63,861 nt of DNA, filler included, from Octopus bimaculoides (GCF_001194135.2; 8 parts of 8 records of this genome joined end to end with filler, not necessarily neighbours in it), one strand, 5' to 3'; positions 1 through 12,570 are shown, counted from the whole stretch's first letter. The notes: a model not told the origin generated them from the letters alone. Translations and numbers: made by a program.

Positions 1-285
1 GATCAGATTCCAGGAAACCCCAAAATGGCTGAAGTTCAAAAGATAGTGCTCATGGGAACTGCCCATATCCTACGTAAAATACTGTCTATGTGATCTCAAA
101 TTTTAAAGCAAACACATAATTTTCTCATGGTTTCTTAAACATTCACTTGAACAAAACTGTACAAATCCAAATATATGGTACCCTAGGCATAACACCTACA
201 TGAACTTCTAACTTGTTGTCTCTTGAGGTCTCTGGGTGAGACTTGGATCCAACTTGTACAAATGCAAAACAAAAGTCAAACATAA

Positions 286-295
<10 letters not shown>
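1..295 (+). mobile_element. 3' end of an RLE-type (R4/Dong-like) non-LTR retrotransposon ending in (TAA)n
   Basis: Translates QIPGNPKMAEVQKIVLMGTAHILRKILSM*, the typical C-terminus of these LINEs; the 3' UTR runs into a TAA microsatellite. A related tail lies at 6900-7057 (minus). Confidence 0.75.
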
Positions 296-930
<635 letters not shown>

Positions 931-1032
931 TGTGCCTGGTGTACCCTTATCAGACGGGTAGTCATGATGGGTATAATGGGCTTCATATATTTTACCCCAG
1001 TGTCACTTTGATGGCATGCACTGCTCTCTCAC

Positions 1033-1199
1033 TCAATAATAATAAGAATAATAATAATAATAATGCTGAAGATGATGGTGATGATGATGATGATGATGAT
1101 GACGATGATGATGATGATGATGATGAAGATGATGAAGAAATTGATGACGACGACGACGACGACGACGATGATGATGGTGATGATGATGATGACGATGAT
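1033..1199. repeat. (AAT)n-(GAT/GAC)n microsatellite
   Basis: Seen directly; source of the poly-Asp ORF 930..1274. Confidence 0.95.
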
Positions 1200-1385
1200 C
1201 CTTTCTATAGAAGGCATGAGACGCGAAATTTGCGAGTAGGATACCAGTCGATTATATCGAATCAAAAGTATTGAACGGCAAATTCGACTTCATAAGAATT
1301 TGAACTCAGAACGTGAAGACGAACGAAATGCAGCTAAGTATTTTGCCCGACGTGCTAAGGGTCCACCAAGCTCACCGCCCTCAGT
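1200..1385 (+). mobile_element. SINE, family with core GGCAAAxTCGACxTCGGCGGAATTTGAACTCAGAAC
   Basis: Shares this core with copies at 17434-17646, 39541-39700 and 52480-52695. Confidence 0.7.
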
Positions 1386-1396
1386 AATAATATAGT

Positions 1397-2950
1397 TCTC
1401 TTTCTTGGCCACATAGGCCTACATAGAACACACAGGGACGCAAATACAAATCACAAAAGGCGTGCAAACATTTAAAACAATACCAAAAGGAAACAATAAA
1501 ATTAAGTAATTAGTGGGCGTGACTTCCAAGGGAAAAGCGGGGAAACCCTACAGAAAATCACTGTTTACCTGACCACTCAGGCAAGTGCTTCCTCTCTCTC
1601 TTACTACACTCAGGAGTACATACTCAGAGCAGGCCCGTTCACAAGAACCATGCTCGCTACTCTCACCTACCTTTCCATAAATTTGGTAGCAGGTAGCACC
1701 TCCCTCCCCACTCTCTTCCGCCTCTTCAAGTGTAACCTGAAAAAGTTGATAAGAGATTTGCCAGAGAGGAAAGAGCTCGTCTTCAGTCCTTTCAATCTTG
1801 TCCACTACACGTTCTCTTTCGCCATGGCCACCAGGCAGATGAAACCTGCCCGACCTTTCCGACCAAAGGAAGTGGGCGGAGCTATCTTAACAATAGACTC
1901 GGTGGATAGCCGGATCCGTGCGACACGCGACAGCAAGTGCGTGACATCAGCACACACGCCAGAAATTGTCGGTCACTGGACGAGAGCGGGAAGAACGGTT
2001 TCATCGCATTGCACACATCTGGGGCAGCTCCGACTGACAACACTTACGTGCCTGTGGAGTTGAACCCGAACTGGCAACGCTCCCGGCAGCATTGCCAGTC
2101 CAGGGATTTCTGGACGTTATCTGTAGGCCCCGGCCCAAAAGTCATACGGAAAAGATCGAAGCAAACCACCCGCCTCCCACCACCACCAAGGACATCGTCG
2201 CACCTATCCTCCACTAGCCCCTTATAGAACGCCAAGGTAGAATTTCCACCGACCGCATTGCCCGATTGGTAGAGGAATAAGAGAGCCTGTCGGCACTCAA
2301 AGTACCAGGCACATTCTCTTGGTATCTGCTTGACCCAGGGCTGCAATTCCGCGGAGAAGACAAGTTGAAAAAAAGTGCGTCTAACGAAGGTCAGCCAAAC
2401 CTGCTCACCATCATGGAAGCGCTGGAGATGCCACAGCCTCGGTGCATACTTGCGCATCAGTAACCACGTCATACCCAGCCCTCCGTTCAGCGGCTGTTGA
2501 CAGTAGTTGGACCACTTCACAAGAGGAACGCACACCTTCCATAGAAAGCAAAATTGTATACGCTCTAACTTATTCAGGCTTGACTTGGGACAAGGTACGA
2601 CGGTCAGACGATTATAGATAACGGATGCGATGTACGTATTCACCACCTCTGCTAGATGGCTCGTATTGCGAGGTCCAAGCCTCTCCGAAACAATACGGCA
2701 ACACCACCTCCTACTCCCGGCCGGCTTGGTGATAAGAATATCTCGTAACTATTGAGGAAGGGAGCGAGAACCCGTGTCTTCGCGATCTCGTCTCACTGAT
2801 GGCCACCACATTCAATCGGAGGGACGTGAGGTTACGGAGGAGATAATTCTGTTTCCAGCGACCGCACAATCCCCGCGCTTTTACACCACCTATTCTGAGC
2901 GCAACCATGAGTTTGCATAAAGCGAGAGAAAAAAACGCTTAACCATTGAT
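1397..2950 (-). mobile_element. Tx1/L1-like LINE, internally deleted ORF2 (APE N-terminus joined to post-RT region, zinc finger and 3' UTR)
   Basis: 2711..2908 reads MVALRIGGVKARGL..LNVVAISET (APE start), followed by GVGGGVAVLFRRGLDL. 2044..2646 reads VNTYIASVIYNRL..QQPLNGGLG..FGPGPTDNVQKSLDWQ (post-RT). Homologous to 38204..38803. Confidence 0.85.
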
Positions 2951-3419
2951 ATCACAGGTTACTGCTCCTAGTGTCGGTAGTGCCTTGTTTAAGGTTATTT
3001 TTATGGTAGTCCGGTATTCTCCGATGTCATTCAGGCTCTTTTGTTTTTAAAAGTGTGTATATTTTTTTGTTTTATAGCAATGATTTTTATATTTTGTCGA
3101 ATGGTGAATGTGGGTGAGAATTAGTTGTCTTCGTCAATGTTTAATACATTGCTTAACATCTGCACGAATTCTGTATTGCATGTGTATGTTACTATGTAGT
3201 TGCCTTATTGTTTTTGTTTGTGTTTGTTTCAGTGTGACGGTTTGGCTTTTGTATGTTCGTACTAGGTTGTGTTTGTGAGGTAGTGGTGTCACTTGTTCTT
3301 CACTTCTCTGCTTTCTCTTCCCTTTTAGTACTAGGAGATATTAAAAGCTCAAAGGGGCTATTGGTATGAAGTGGAAACAATGTCTCTCTGAATATTCCAA
3401 ATGAACTAATGAGGGATAC

Positions 3420-3890
3420 AAATGACAAAACACTCATTTACACATGCGTGAAAAAAAAATAACAATAGGACAAGAAAGAGGAAGGCATTTCGGCAAGGTA
3501 GAGGTACGTTTTGAAAAAGAACAAGAAGCAAGACACCATTCCACAGTGCCACTAAAAACTCAGAATGGTTTGATCGTACCAACGTACCTTGGTTGGCACG
3601 TAACAAAAGTAAAAATTGGAGAAGTGCTTCCAGAAATAAATATAAGCTGGCTGGTGGCAGCAGTCCTCCTAGTCATAAAGGACACCGCCACAATACTGGA
3701 GGTGCACAAGTTGCACCAACAAAATTGGTCGGGTCAGGGGATGGAACTCTTAATTCAAGTAGAAAAAGAAAACATAGAATGCATCCCGGATTCGATCAGC
3801 CTACCAGATGGAACAAAAGTTCACGAGACCGCAAAAGGCTGAGCTGTTACCTCCGTGGCGACAAAAACCACCTCAAGGCCTCTTGACCTA
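3420..3890 (+). mobile_element. ORF1 (gag-like) fragment of a Tx1-type LINE with degenerate zinc knuckle
   Basis: ORF 3444..3842 continues after a frameshift into RKRLSCYLRGDKNHLKAS (decayed CxxC-H-C); a similar fragment lies at 34560-35060. Confidence 0.6.
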
Positions 3891-4149
3891 GACAGAGAAG
3901 AGAGGAACGGCCGGATCTCCTATCCGCACCAGCTTTGGTGCCATCTTTGTTTCTGTTTTTTAACGTCGTTTGGCTTTTTGATTTACCTGTCTTGTTCTGC
4001 CTCTAGCAGCTTTCTTCACTATTACATACATAGGAGTTTATATATACTCTAGCTAACTCCACAGTCTTCTACTAATATCAACTCTCTTCTGCCTTCATAT
4101 CTGCACTGTGCTTAGGAGGTTGTTGTGTCCTAGCATATGAGCTACTTCT

Positions 4150-4950
4150 TTTAGTTTTCGTATTTTCCAGTGATATACGGATGTCCTGACTCCATACTCC
4201 AAGCCGACCTTAACTGGACGATACCTTAACTTCAATTCCTGCCATTCATACAGTGCAAAGAGAGGAATTGCTCAGTGCCTAAAACATCGAGCAACGAATG
4301 TAAGTAGCCATCGTGATGCCCGCCACGAAGAAATGATTAAGATCAGTAACAATCTATTGAGCAACAACTACCCACAAAACATACTATCCACTCCAATTAT
4401 GAAGAAAAGAGAAGATGAAACCAATAAAATGTCTACAGTCTGTCTACCCTATTTGAAAGGCCTCTCCGAAAAGATACAAAAGATATGCGGCCCATATGTC
4501 ATCAGGAGAGTATTCAAGAGTAATACAACACTTCGCAAATATCTCCTTCTAGTAAAACCACCAATAGAAGAGAATATGACCAAAGACTGCCTGTACTCCA
4601 TCCCATGCGGCTGTGTTAGGTTATACAAAGGCGAAACATGCCGACCCTTCAAATTAAGGGTAGAGGAACATCGCAAAGCTGTGTCACTAGGAAATATTGA
4701 TAAATCGGATATAGCTGATCATGTATGAAAAATTGGAGACTACCTCCCTCTGTAGGATGAAGTTAAAATAATAGACAGAGAACACCACTGGAAAATACGA
4801 AAACTAAAAGAAGCAGCACATATGTTAGGACACATCAACCTCCTAAGCAGACCTAGTGCAGATACGAGCAGCATATGGGAACCGTTATTAAGGAAGGATA
4901 GGAGAATATTAGATTTATAAGCCCTAAAATTCAATCCATAATTGCCCACG
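4150..4950 (+). mobile_element. Penelope-like element 3' part, GIY-YIG endonuclease (degenerate)
   Basis: ORF 4333..4728: TVCLPYLKGLSEKI..CLYSIPCGCVRLYKGETCRPFKLRVEEH..SDIADHV. Confidence 0.85.
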
Positions 4951-5034
4951 GGCATATGGCGTAGTGGTTAAGAGCGCAGCTACTAACCCCTTGATACCGA
5001 ATGATAATAATAATAATAATAATAATAATATGTA

Positions 5035-5592
5035 AAATCTCTGAACGAGGTATTAACAGTAACTGCACAAGGTGAAGTATATTTGCCACTTAAATGTGGC
5101 TGACCCCTAAGGGTAGATGTTACTGTTGCTTTTAGCCCCAGGAGAACATCTCCTCCAGCTGGCTATCGACACACATCTGTATCCTGTCTGTATTTGCAAA
5201 GGGAAGTCATCCTTCCCATCTTGATCTGCGATACGTACGGACTTAAATGTGGCTGACCTTAGGGGTCAGCCACATTTAAGTGGTAAATATGCTTCACCTT
5301 GCCGTGCAGTTACTGTTAAAACCTCGTTCAGAGATTTAACATTGCTTGTTTTCACTTTTTCGAGATGAGTGAATAATTTCACTGGAAAAAGATATAAGTA
5401 TTTGCATCGGGATATCTTTCGCATCGAAGGTCGGCGATTGTCGTACGCTGAGGACGGGTAAATACCCAGAAACTCGAGTCCGTACGTATCGCAGATCAAA
5501 ATGGGAAGGATGACTTCCCTTTGCAAATACAGTCAGGACACAGATGTGTGTCGATAGCCAGCTGGAGGAGATGTTCTCCTGGGGCTAAAAGC

Positions 5593-5594
<2 letters not shown>
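5035..5594. mobile_element. Rearranged long-inverted-repeat (foldback/MITE-like) element
   Basis: 5035-5117 is the inverted copy of 5258-5337, and 5126-5243 is the inverted copy of 5477-5594. Same family at 32926-33182. Confidence 0.8.
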
Positions 5595-5629
<35 letters not shown>

Positions 5630-5638
<9 letters not shown>

Positions 5639-5780
5639 TCGAAAAATACCTTAGGAGTGAGAATCCAGGTTCGAAATTTCCCCAAGACAGGTAATGTAGG
5701 CTGGAGTGTATATCAGCCGAAACGTTGTGTTAACAACAAGATGAGGACAAATACCCGTCAAATATAAATAATGTAAATAA
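5630..5780 (+). mobile_element. Short repeat carrying a degenerate minimal hammerhead motif
   Basis: GGCTG-gagtgtatat-CAGCC-GAAACGTT; related truncated copy at 12005-12085 has CTGAAGAAGGCTG. Confidence 0.6.
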
Positions 5781-5819
5781 GGTAAATGATCTTATATGAC
5801 AGTCCTAAATCCTTTTTCT

Positions 5820-6822
5820 CTGACTAAGTAACATTCTCTCGTGGGAAAATTTGCATCGTGTGTTTCCTAACTTGTTTGGTTTCTAGGTTTCTATTTATTC
5901 TACTCAAATCTTTTAAAATCTTCACTTTATTTTGTAGTCTCCTTTTCCATATACGCCCTTTTCTAATCTTTCCTTCTGCGATATCTAATCTTCTGGTGAC
6001 TGTTACCTCTCCTGCATAGATCAATAAACTAGTGTCTCCTCTATTTTTAATATCTATCCTACTGATAACAGAATTTTCTTTCCAAGTCATTTCTAGCAGC
6101 TTCTTTGTGTTGGTGCCTTTTCTTACTTCTTTACTCATTACCTCCTGCATCTCATCTAAAATCTTCTGATCTTCTCCACTGAAATCATTTGAGTTGCTGC
6201 TACAAGTTGTCCCTTCATTATTGGTGGCACTATTATTTTTTCCTATTATGTTCTTTGGTTTGAGCTGCATCACTGTCCTGTTTCCTTCGCTGGTCCACTT
6301 CCTCCTCCTTACTCTATTATCTGCTGATGCTGTATTAGGATAACAGCTGAGGTCAGTCTGCACGCTTATTGAACCACTGGCGAGCGAGAGGCCTTCCCTT
6401 AGAGATCCAACTATATCTTTGCTGTTACAATCTGAGTTTCTTCGGAAAATCCTGTCTCTCATAAAATGATGTAAGGTTATCTTTGTCAACATTGTCATCA
6501 CCACTATTATTTTTCGACATCTGTAAGTTTCAAGCACATTTCTATTGCATCATTCGTTCTACTTTTGTGTTAGTGGGGTGGTGTGTGCTGCATATTCTTG
6601 GTGGAGCTGATATTGTATGGTATCAGTACGTTTTGTTACGGGATTTGGTTAAGTTCTTATATTGTGTGTTGTTTGTGCAGCGCAGGTTGTGTTCTTCTGT
6701 CGGGCATCGACCTTCTATGACTCATCTTGGTTTTGTTCATTTTGTTGAGTATTTACAGTATGATTTTATTCTTACATGTTTTGGAGGGGTGTTGCATAGT
6801 AGTGTGTGTATTATATTTATTA

Positions 6823-6830
<8 letters not shown>
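5820..6830 (-). mobile_element. Degenerate 5' ORF region of an R4/Dong-like LINE
   Basis: ORF 5824..6537 contains RRRKWTSEGNRTVMQ and IWKRRLQNKVKILKDLSRI, resembling the N-terminal region of these elements; flanked by (TAA)n. Confidence 0.55.
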
Positions 6831-6899
<69 letters not shown>

Positions 6900-6901
<2 letters not shown>

Positions 6902-7057
6902 CGTTCAGTAGTTTTATTTTTATAACGTGCTTTCACTTCACTACCGAGCGCAGCTCTGTGCGCCTTGGGTATGTGCTGTGGTTTGCTGTGGTGCTCTTAT
7001 GGTTACTGTATTGAAAGTGTTTTGCGTAGGATGTGTGCAGTGCCCAGTAGTGCAATT
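6900..7057 (-). mobile_element. 3' end of an R4/Dong-like LINE with (ATA)n tail
   Basis: Minus strand reads IALLGTAHILRKTLSIQ*, then a UTR into the TAA repeat at 6828-6900. Confidence 0.75.
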
Positions 7058-7158
7058 TNNNNNNNNNNNNNNNNNNNNNNNNNNNNNNNNNNNNNNNNNN
7101 NNTTAATTAATTAANNNNNNNNNNNNNNNNNNNNNNNNNNNNNNNNNNNNNNNNNNNN
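7058..7158. other. Assembly join linker N-TTAATTAATTAA-N (also ~32826, 36215, 40071, 42718, 58248, 62591)
   Basis: Identical 12-mer, with stop codons in all six frames, between N runs seven times; not biological. Confidence 0.95.
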
Positions 7159-7159
7159 T

Positions 7160-7318
7160 TGTATATAAATTCATTAGTTACTATAATTTATTAGTTTCTT
7201 TTGCATATTCTTAGTTTATGTATGTGTATGCAAATATAGTATTGGTATATCCCATTTATGTTCATTAGAAATCAAATAAAGAATTTTGACATGTACGAAT
7301 ATTTATTTCCCCCCACTG
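7160..7318 (-). mobile_element. Terminal fragment of a Tc1/mariner-like DNA transposon
   Basis: Minus strand starts TA|CAGTGGGGGGAAATAAATATTCG, a Tc1-type end at a TA site; a near-identical ~160 bp copy lies at 36860-37019. Confidence 0.65.
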
Positions 7319-7334
7319 TATATATATATATATA

Positions 7335-7500
7335 TACATACGACAGGCTTCTTTCAGTTTCCATCTACCAAATCCACTCACAAGGGTTTGGTCGGCCCAA
7401 GGCTATAGTAGAAGACACTTGCCCAGGGTGCCATGCAGTGGGACTGAACCCGGAACCATGGGGTTCGTAAGCAAGCTACTTACCACACAGCCACTCCTAT
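7335..7500 (-). mobile_element. tRNA-derived SINE (head GGAGTGGCTGTGTGGTAAGTAGCTTGC)
   Basis: Multi-copy in this window: 35420-35585, 42819-43190, 44920-45255, 50050-50270, 53415-53790, 54710-55095, 55500-55780. Confidence 0.85.
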
Positions 7501-8336
7501 GCCTGTATGTTTATATACAAAAAAGATCCAACTTACTCAGAATATAAATGAAATGGAGGATTAAAGCAGTTGAAGAAAAGTATTATAAATCCAAATTGTA
7601 GATTGAATCAATCTACAAACATTAGTTTGGACTGCTGAATTTGTAATATTTTCTTCAGCCCCTTTAATCCTCTATTTCATTTGTATTCTGTGTAAGTTAG
7701 ACATTTCTTTGTATGTAAACATTTATACATTTTTTGTATACATGTGTATATGCATATACGTGTGTATATCTATGTATGTATATATTTATATATACACACA
7801 CACATATATATATACATACCAATAAAAAAAATGGAGGGGATTAACATGTGGTATTCATCAACTTGCAGACATTGTATTATGTTAATTTACTTGTTTATTT
7901 GCTTACTAAAAGGACAATAATAACGATATACAAACACATGTGACATTATGTCATATCAGTAATTATAAAAATGACATATAGTAACAGAAAAAGGGATAAT
8001 GACTTACAGCTGTTTCAGTTCAGAGGTGACATGCCTCATTCTCATCATTATCACTTCAGTAGACTGAAGGAATTGATAGGTGAAATAGTGGTACATGGAT
8101 GATTCTCTAGGCCTCTTCAGAATTTTATAGAGTTCATAAGGTTAAGTTATAAATATAAAAACTCATATATGCATACTTGGGTATTCATCCAGCAGCATAT
8201 TGGATAGATATTATCCCTTCGTGGGTTGGATTCACAACCCCTAACTTTCTTGGATATCTATATATATATATATTGTCTGCTTCAGTCTATCACCACATTC
8301 CAGCTTTGACTATTCTTATTGCAGCTGTTGCTACTG

Positions 8337-8716
8337 TTAGTGTTGTTTTTGGGGCCAGTGGTGCTTGCAGGTTTTTTTTTCAGTGCTGTTTTTGGGGTCA
8401 GTGAAGTTTGCAGTTTCGTTTTTTATGCTGTCTGTTTGTCCTTCATTGGATTCCAGGCATGCAGGATTGTCAATGAGCACTCCTGTCTCCTTCATTATGT
8501 CTTCTATAAAGTTGATAAATGGCTTGACAAGAATATAGGAGCATGTGAACTCTTGTTTCTTTCGAGCAATCTGTGCCATGGACCTATGGTAACCATAGCT
8601 TTTCAAGGCCACCACTATCCGTTGGACGGAGAACCCACGCTCATCTCCATCCTTCAAACTGCCAATTTTTGCGCATCTTTTGTATTTTGTTTGCCTGAAT
8701 CTGACTCTGTATGAAT
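8337..8716 (-). CDS. Candidate terminal coding exon, unknown product (DSYRVRFRQTKYKRCAKIGSLKDGDERGFSVQRIVVALKSYGYH...)
   Basis: Strong acceptor (ctcttcctcttctttattcaacaactgcag), phase 1, ~125 open codons of non-repetitive sequence in an AT-rich setting. No family recognised. Confidence 0.5.
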
Positions 8717-8719
8717 CTG

Positions 8720-10330
8720 CAGTTGTTGAATAAAGAAGAGGAAGAGAGAGAGAGAGAGAGATAGTAATATGGAATTTGCGAGAGTGATATGGAAGTTTTG
8801 TTGAAGAGATAGAGAAAGGAAAGTTCAATGAGAGATGGGATATGAGATAGAGAGTATGAAATAGGTGTCGTTATGTGTAGGAGAGAAATAAGGTGGTTTA
8901 TAATAGGGGTGGGGGAGAGAAAGGTATCGTAGATGGTTCTAAAATAGTGTACTTTATGTAGGTGCAAAAAAAATCGAAATATATAACTTTAGGAACATCC
9001 AAAGAGAACAGGAGAGAGAAAGAATGTTTAAGTAGAGAATGTAAGAGAGTCTAAATAGTGTGCAACTTTACAGACGTCCAGAGAGAACGAGAGAGAGAAT
9101 GTTTAATAGTGTGCAACGAGAGAAAGAATGTTTAAGTAGAGAGTCTAGTGAGTTCAAACAAGAAAAACGACAAAAAAAAAAAACAACAACGTGTGGACGT
9201 GATACAGATATTGTGTTACTGGATGCTCAGGAAAGGAAAGAAAGAGAATCTGACGTTTCGAGCGAAGCTCTTCGCTGGAAATATAGGAAAGTCCAAAGAA
9301 GGGAAGACGGAGGAAGAAAAAATCGCCAACGATATACACGAGGTTACATTGTGGAATGACCGGAAGGGAATGGGTGAAGAAAGTTCTTTCTAAGACAGGA
9401 GAGTGCGAGAGAGTATGTGTGCGTGTGTGTGTGTAATAACAGCACGTGTATGTGCATATGTGTGTGTGATTTGGCTGTTTATATGTTAGTGTGTGTGTGT
9501 CGCTTAACGTTGTAGAAGGAATTAGTAGCAGGAATTATTTGGGAGTGGTTGTCTGTGTGTCACCTTTTTTCATGTGCATGGACGATGGTCAGTAGAAAGT
9601 GAGCAAGCAGTTTTAAGTATGTGTGTGCGTGTATGTGTATGTTGTGTGAGTCTGTTTTCTTTGCAGTGTGTGCCTGTATCTGTGTGTGCGTGTGTGTATG
9701 TGTATACACACATATAAAGTAAATCGAAATATATAACTTTAGGAACGTCCAGAGAGAGAGAGACAAAAAGCATTTAACTCTAGGAAAGTTTAAGAAGAGA
9801 AGGTGCAATAAAGAAAGAAGAGTAGTTTCGTTAATTGCAGAAAAGGAATGGCGGTAATGGGCTTTAAGGATGTTCGATCAAAAGTGGGGTAACTAACTTC
9901 AAGGGAGTTCGAGCAAAATAGTTATTTTTAACTCTGTTGGGGAGAAAATAAGGAGGTCTATAACAAGGTGGAAGAAAGAAAGAAAAAGTATCGTCAATCG
10001 CTAAGATGACTCTAAAAAGTGTACTTTAATTAGGTTCAGGAATCTACTAGGAATGTTCAGAAAGAGAAAGAGACAATGTTTAAAGAATCGAAAAATATTT
10101 ATTTAACACTAGGAAAGTTTAAGTGAGTGGAAGAAAGAAAGAAGAAATGGAATGGCATCGTTAAGTGCAAAGAGGAACCGAAGTAATAAAAGTTAAGGAC
10201 GAGAACGTTAAGAATCGAAAAATATTTAACGCTAGAAGATAGAAAGAAGAAAAGGAATGGCGTCGCAATACACAAAAAGGAAGTAAATATTAGCAAGAAA
10301 ATCTGTAGAAAGAAAAGGGATTGGGGATTT
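8720..10330. repeat. Degenerate purine-rich repeat array interrupted by a hammerhead-bearing element
   Basis: AAATCGAAATATATAACTTTAGGAAC at 8971 and 9721; AAGAATCGAAAAATATTTA near 10084 and 10211. Confidence 0.55.
9195..9620 (-). mobile_element. Non-autonomous Penelope-related repeat with hammerhead-like motif
   Basis: Inverted homologue of 41060-41517; contains GAAGAGCTTCGCTCGAAACGTC on minus at ~9250-9275. Confidence 0.65.
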
Positions 10331-11502
10331 AAATAAAAAGACTTCAAATATTTAATTTTAGAAAATTTTCAATAAGATTCTTACTTTGAATGTGTGAAAG
10401 TTTATNNNNNNNNNNNNNNNNNNNNNNNNNNNNNNNNNNNNNNNNNNNNNNNNNNNNNNNNNNNNNNNNNNNNNNNNNNNNNNNNNNNNNNNNNNNNNNN
10501 NNNNNNNNNNNNNNNNNNNNNNNNNNNNNNNNNNNNNNNNNNNNNNNNNNNNNNNNNNNNNNNNNNNNNNNNNNNNNNNNNNNNNNNNNNNNNNNNNNNN
10601 NNNNNNNNNNNNNNNNNNNNNNNNNNNNNNNNNNNNNNNNNNNNNNNNNNNNNNNNNNNNNNNNNNNNNNNNNNNNNNNNNNNNNNNNNNNNNNNNNNNN
10701 NNNNNNNNNNNNNNNNNNNNNNNNNNNNNNNNNNNNNNNNNNNNNNNNNNNNNNNNNNNNNNNNNNNNNNNNNNNNNNNNNNNNNNNNNNNNNNNNNNNN
10801 NNNNNNNNNNNNNNNNNNNNNNNNNNNNNNNNNNNNNNNNNNNNNNNNNNNNNNNNNNNNNNNNNNNNNNNNNNNNNNNNNNNNNNNNNNNNNNNNNNNN
10901 NNNNNNNNNNNNNNNNNNNNNNNNNNNNNNNNNNNNNNNNNNNNNNNNNNNNNNNNNNNNNNNNNNNNNNNNNNNNNNNNNNNNNNNNNNNNNNNNNNNN
11001 NNNNNNNNNNNNNNNNNNNNNNNNNNNNNNNNNNNNNNNNNNNNNNNNNNNNNNNNNNNNNNNNNNNNNNNNNNNNNNNNNNNNNNNNNNNNNNNNNNNN
11101 NNNNNNNNNNNNNNNNNNNNNNNNNNNNNNNNNNNNNNNNNNNNNNNNNNNNNNNNNNNNNNNNNNNNNNNNNNNGGGGGGTATTGTTTAGAAGAGAATA
11201 TTGTTTTTGTTTCTTTTTGGGCAGGGGAGGTTCCATGATAATGGAGATGGATGGATAGAAATATAGGTAGGTAGATAGGCTGATAGATAGATAAATAGAT
11301 AGTCAGACAGATGGACAGATAGGTAGAGGGCAAGAGAGAGAAGGGTTGTCCACCTTCCTATTCACCATTCATTCATTCTCTGTCTCTCTCTGTACTAGAT
11401 TCAATGTGTATCTAGTCTCTCTCTCACTTTCTCCAAATATATATCCTTTCTTCCTCTCACTTTCTTTTTCCACAACTTTGCTCTTAGTTTTATATTTAAG
11501 AG

Positions 11503-11538
11503 AGGTCACTGCTGGAAATCGATTTCCAGCAGTGACCT
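11503..11538. repeat. Perfect 36-bp palindrome AGGTCACTGCTGGAAATCGATTTCCAGCAGTGACCT
   Basis: Checked base by base; no loop. Confidence 0.95.
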
Positions 11539-11635
11539 GAACAATAATAATAATAATAATAATAATTATTATTATTATTATTAGAAATGATCTAATCATA
11601 AATCTCACAGAGAGACATAAGCAGCAGTTTTGCGA

Positions 11636-12003
11636 TAAAGCAGTTGTTTACTGTCAACTTAATGTGACAGACCCATTAAGGTGAGATTTATAATTAGATC
11701 ATTTCTAATTTTGTAACCAGTGAATGTGTTTTCACTAAAAATATATATATTTGTGAAGGCTAGACATGCTTTTTTAGTCAACTGGTCGGCTACTTCAGGC
11801 TGATGACGAGCAATGATTCAGAAACATGTACCTGAATGCAGACTAGGCTGGGTGGGGAGACTTGTCTCCACTTCACAAATATAAGGACACAGGAAATGTG
11901 TCAAGGCCAACAGGAAGCGGTCCAGCTTCCTAGGACTAATTAGCAGCAGTATGATTCCCTTAATGGGTCTGTCACATTAAGTTGACAGTAAACAACTGCT
12001 TTA
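11636..12003. mobile_element. MITE with perfect 46-bp terminal inverted repeats, TA at both ends
   Basis: 11636-11681 (TAAAGCAGTTGTTTACTGTCAACTTAATGTGACAGACCCATTAAGG) is the reverse complement of 11958-12003. Confidence 0.85.
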
Positions 12004-12089
12004 GTAATAATAATAACATTGAAAATACCTTAGGAATGAGAACCCAGGTTCAAAATTTTTCCATGACACCTGAAGAAGGCTGGAGTGAA

Positions 12090-12570
12090 ATTGAAATCAA
12101 ATCAAATTCAATGACTGGCATCTGTGTCAGTGGAGCACTAAGAGCACCATCCGATCGTGATCATTGCCAGAGCAGCTGACTGGCTTCCATGCCTGTGGCA
12201 CATAAAAAGCACCATTCAAGCATGATCATTACCAGTGTTGCCTTACTGGCACTTGTGCTAGTGGCACATGAAAAAACATTTGAGCGAGGTTGTTGCCAGT
12301 GTCGCTTGACTGGCTCCTGTGCAGGTGACACGTAAAAAATACCATTTGAGCATGGCCGTTGCCAGTAATACCTAAATAGCCTTTGAGCTGGTGGCATGTA
12401 AAAGCACCCACTACACCCTCAGAGTGGTTGGCGTTAGGAAGGGCATCCAGCTGTAGAAGCTCTGCCAGATCAGATTGGAGCCTAGTGCAGCCATCTGGTT
12501 TGCCAGTCCTCAGTCAAATCGTCCAACCCATGCTAACATGGAAAGCAGGCGTTAAACGATGATGATGATG
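12090..12570 (+). mobile_element. SINE with internal ~50-bp tandem units and an RTE-like 3' tail ending in (GAT)n
   Basis: Repeated TTGCCAG..ACTGGC..GGCAC.TAAAAAGCACC units, then GGAAGGGCATCCAGCTGTAGAA; a reversed tail fragment lies at 49790-49935. Confidence 0.75.

Noticed and set aside
10344-11333. Long ORFs up to 459 aa (also 24741-26878, 47416-48591, 50234-50781, 52865-53470, 56100-56813)
   Set aside because: Their length comes from N gaps translated as X.
12110-12400. Regularly spaced TTGCCAG..ACTGGC repeats
   Set aside because: Internal tandem units of a SINE, not repeat-spacer architecture.
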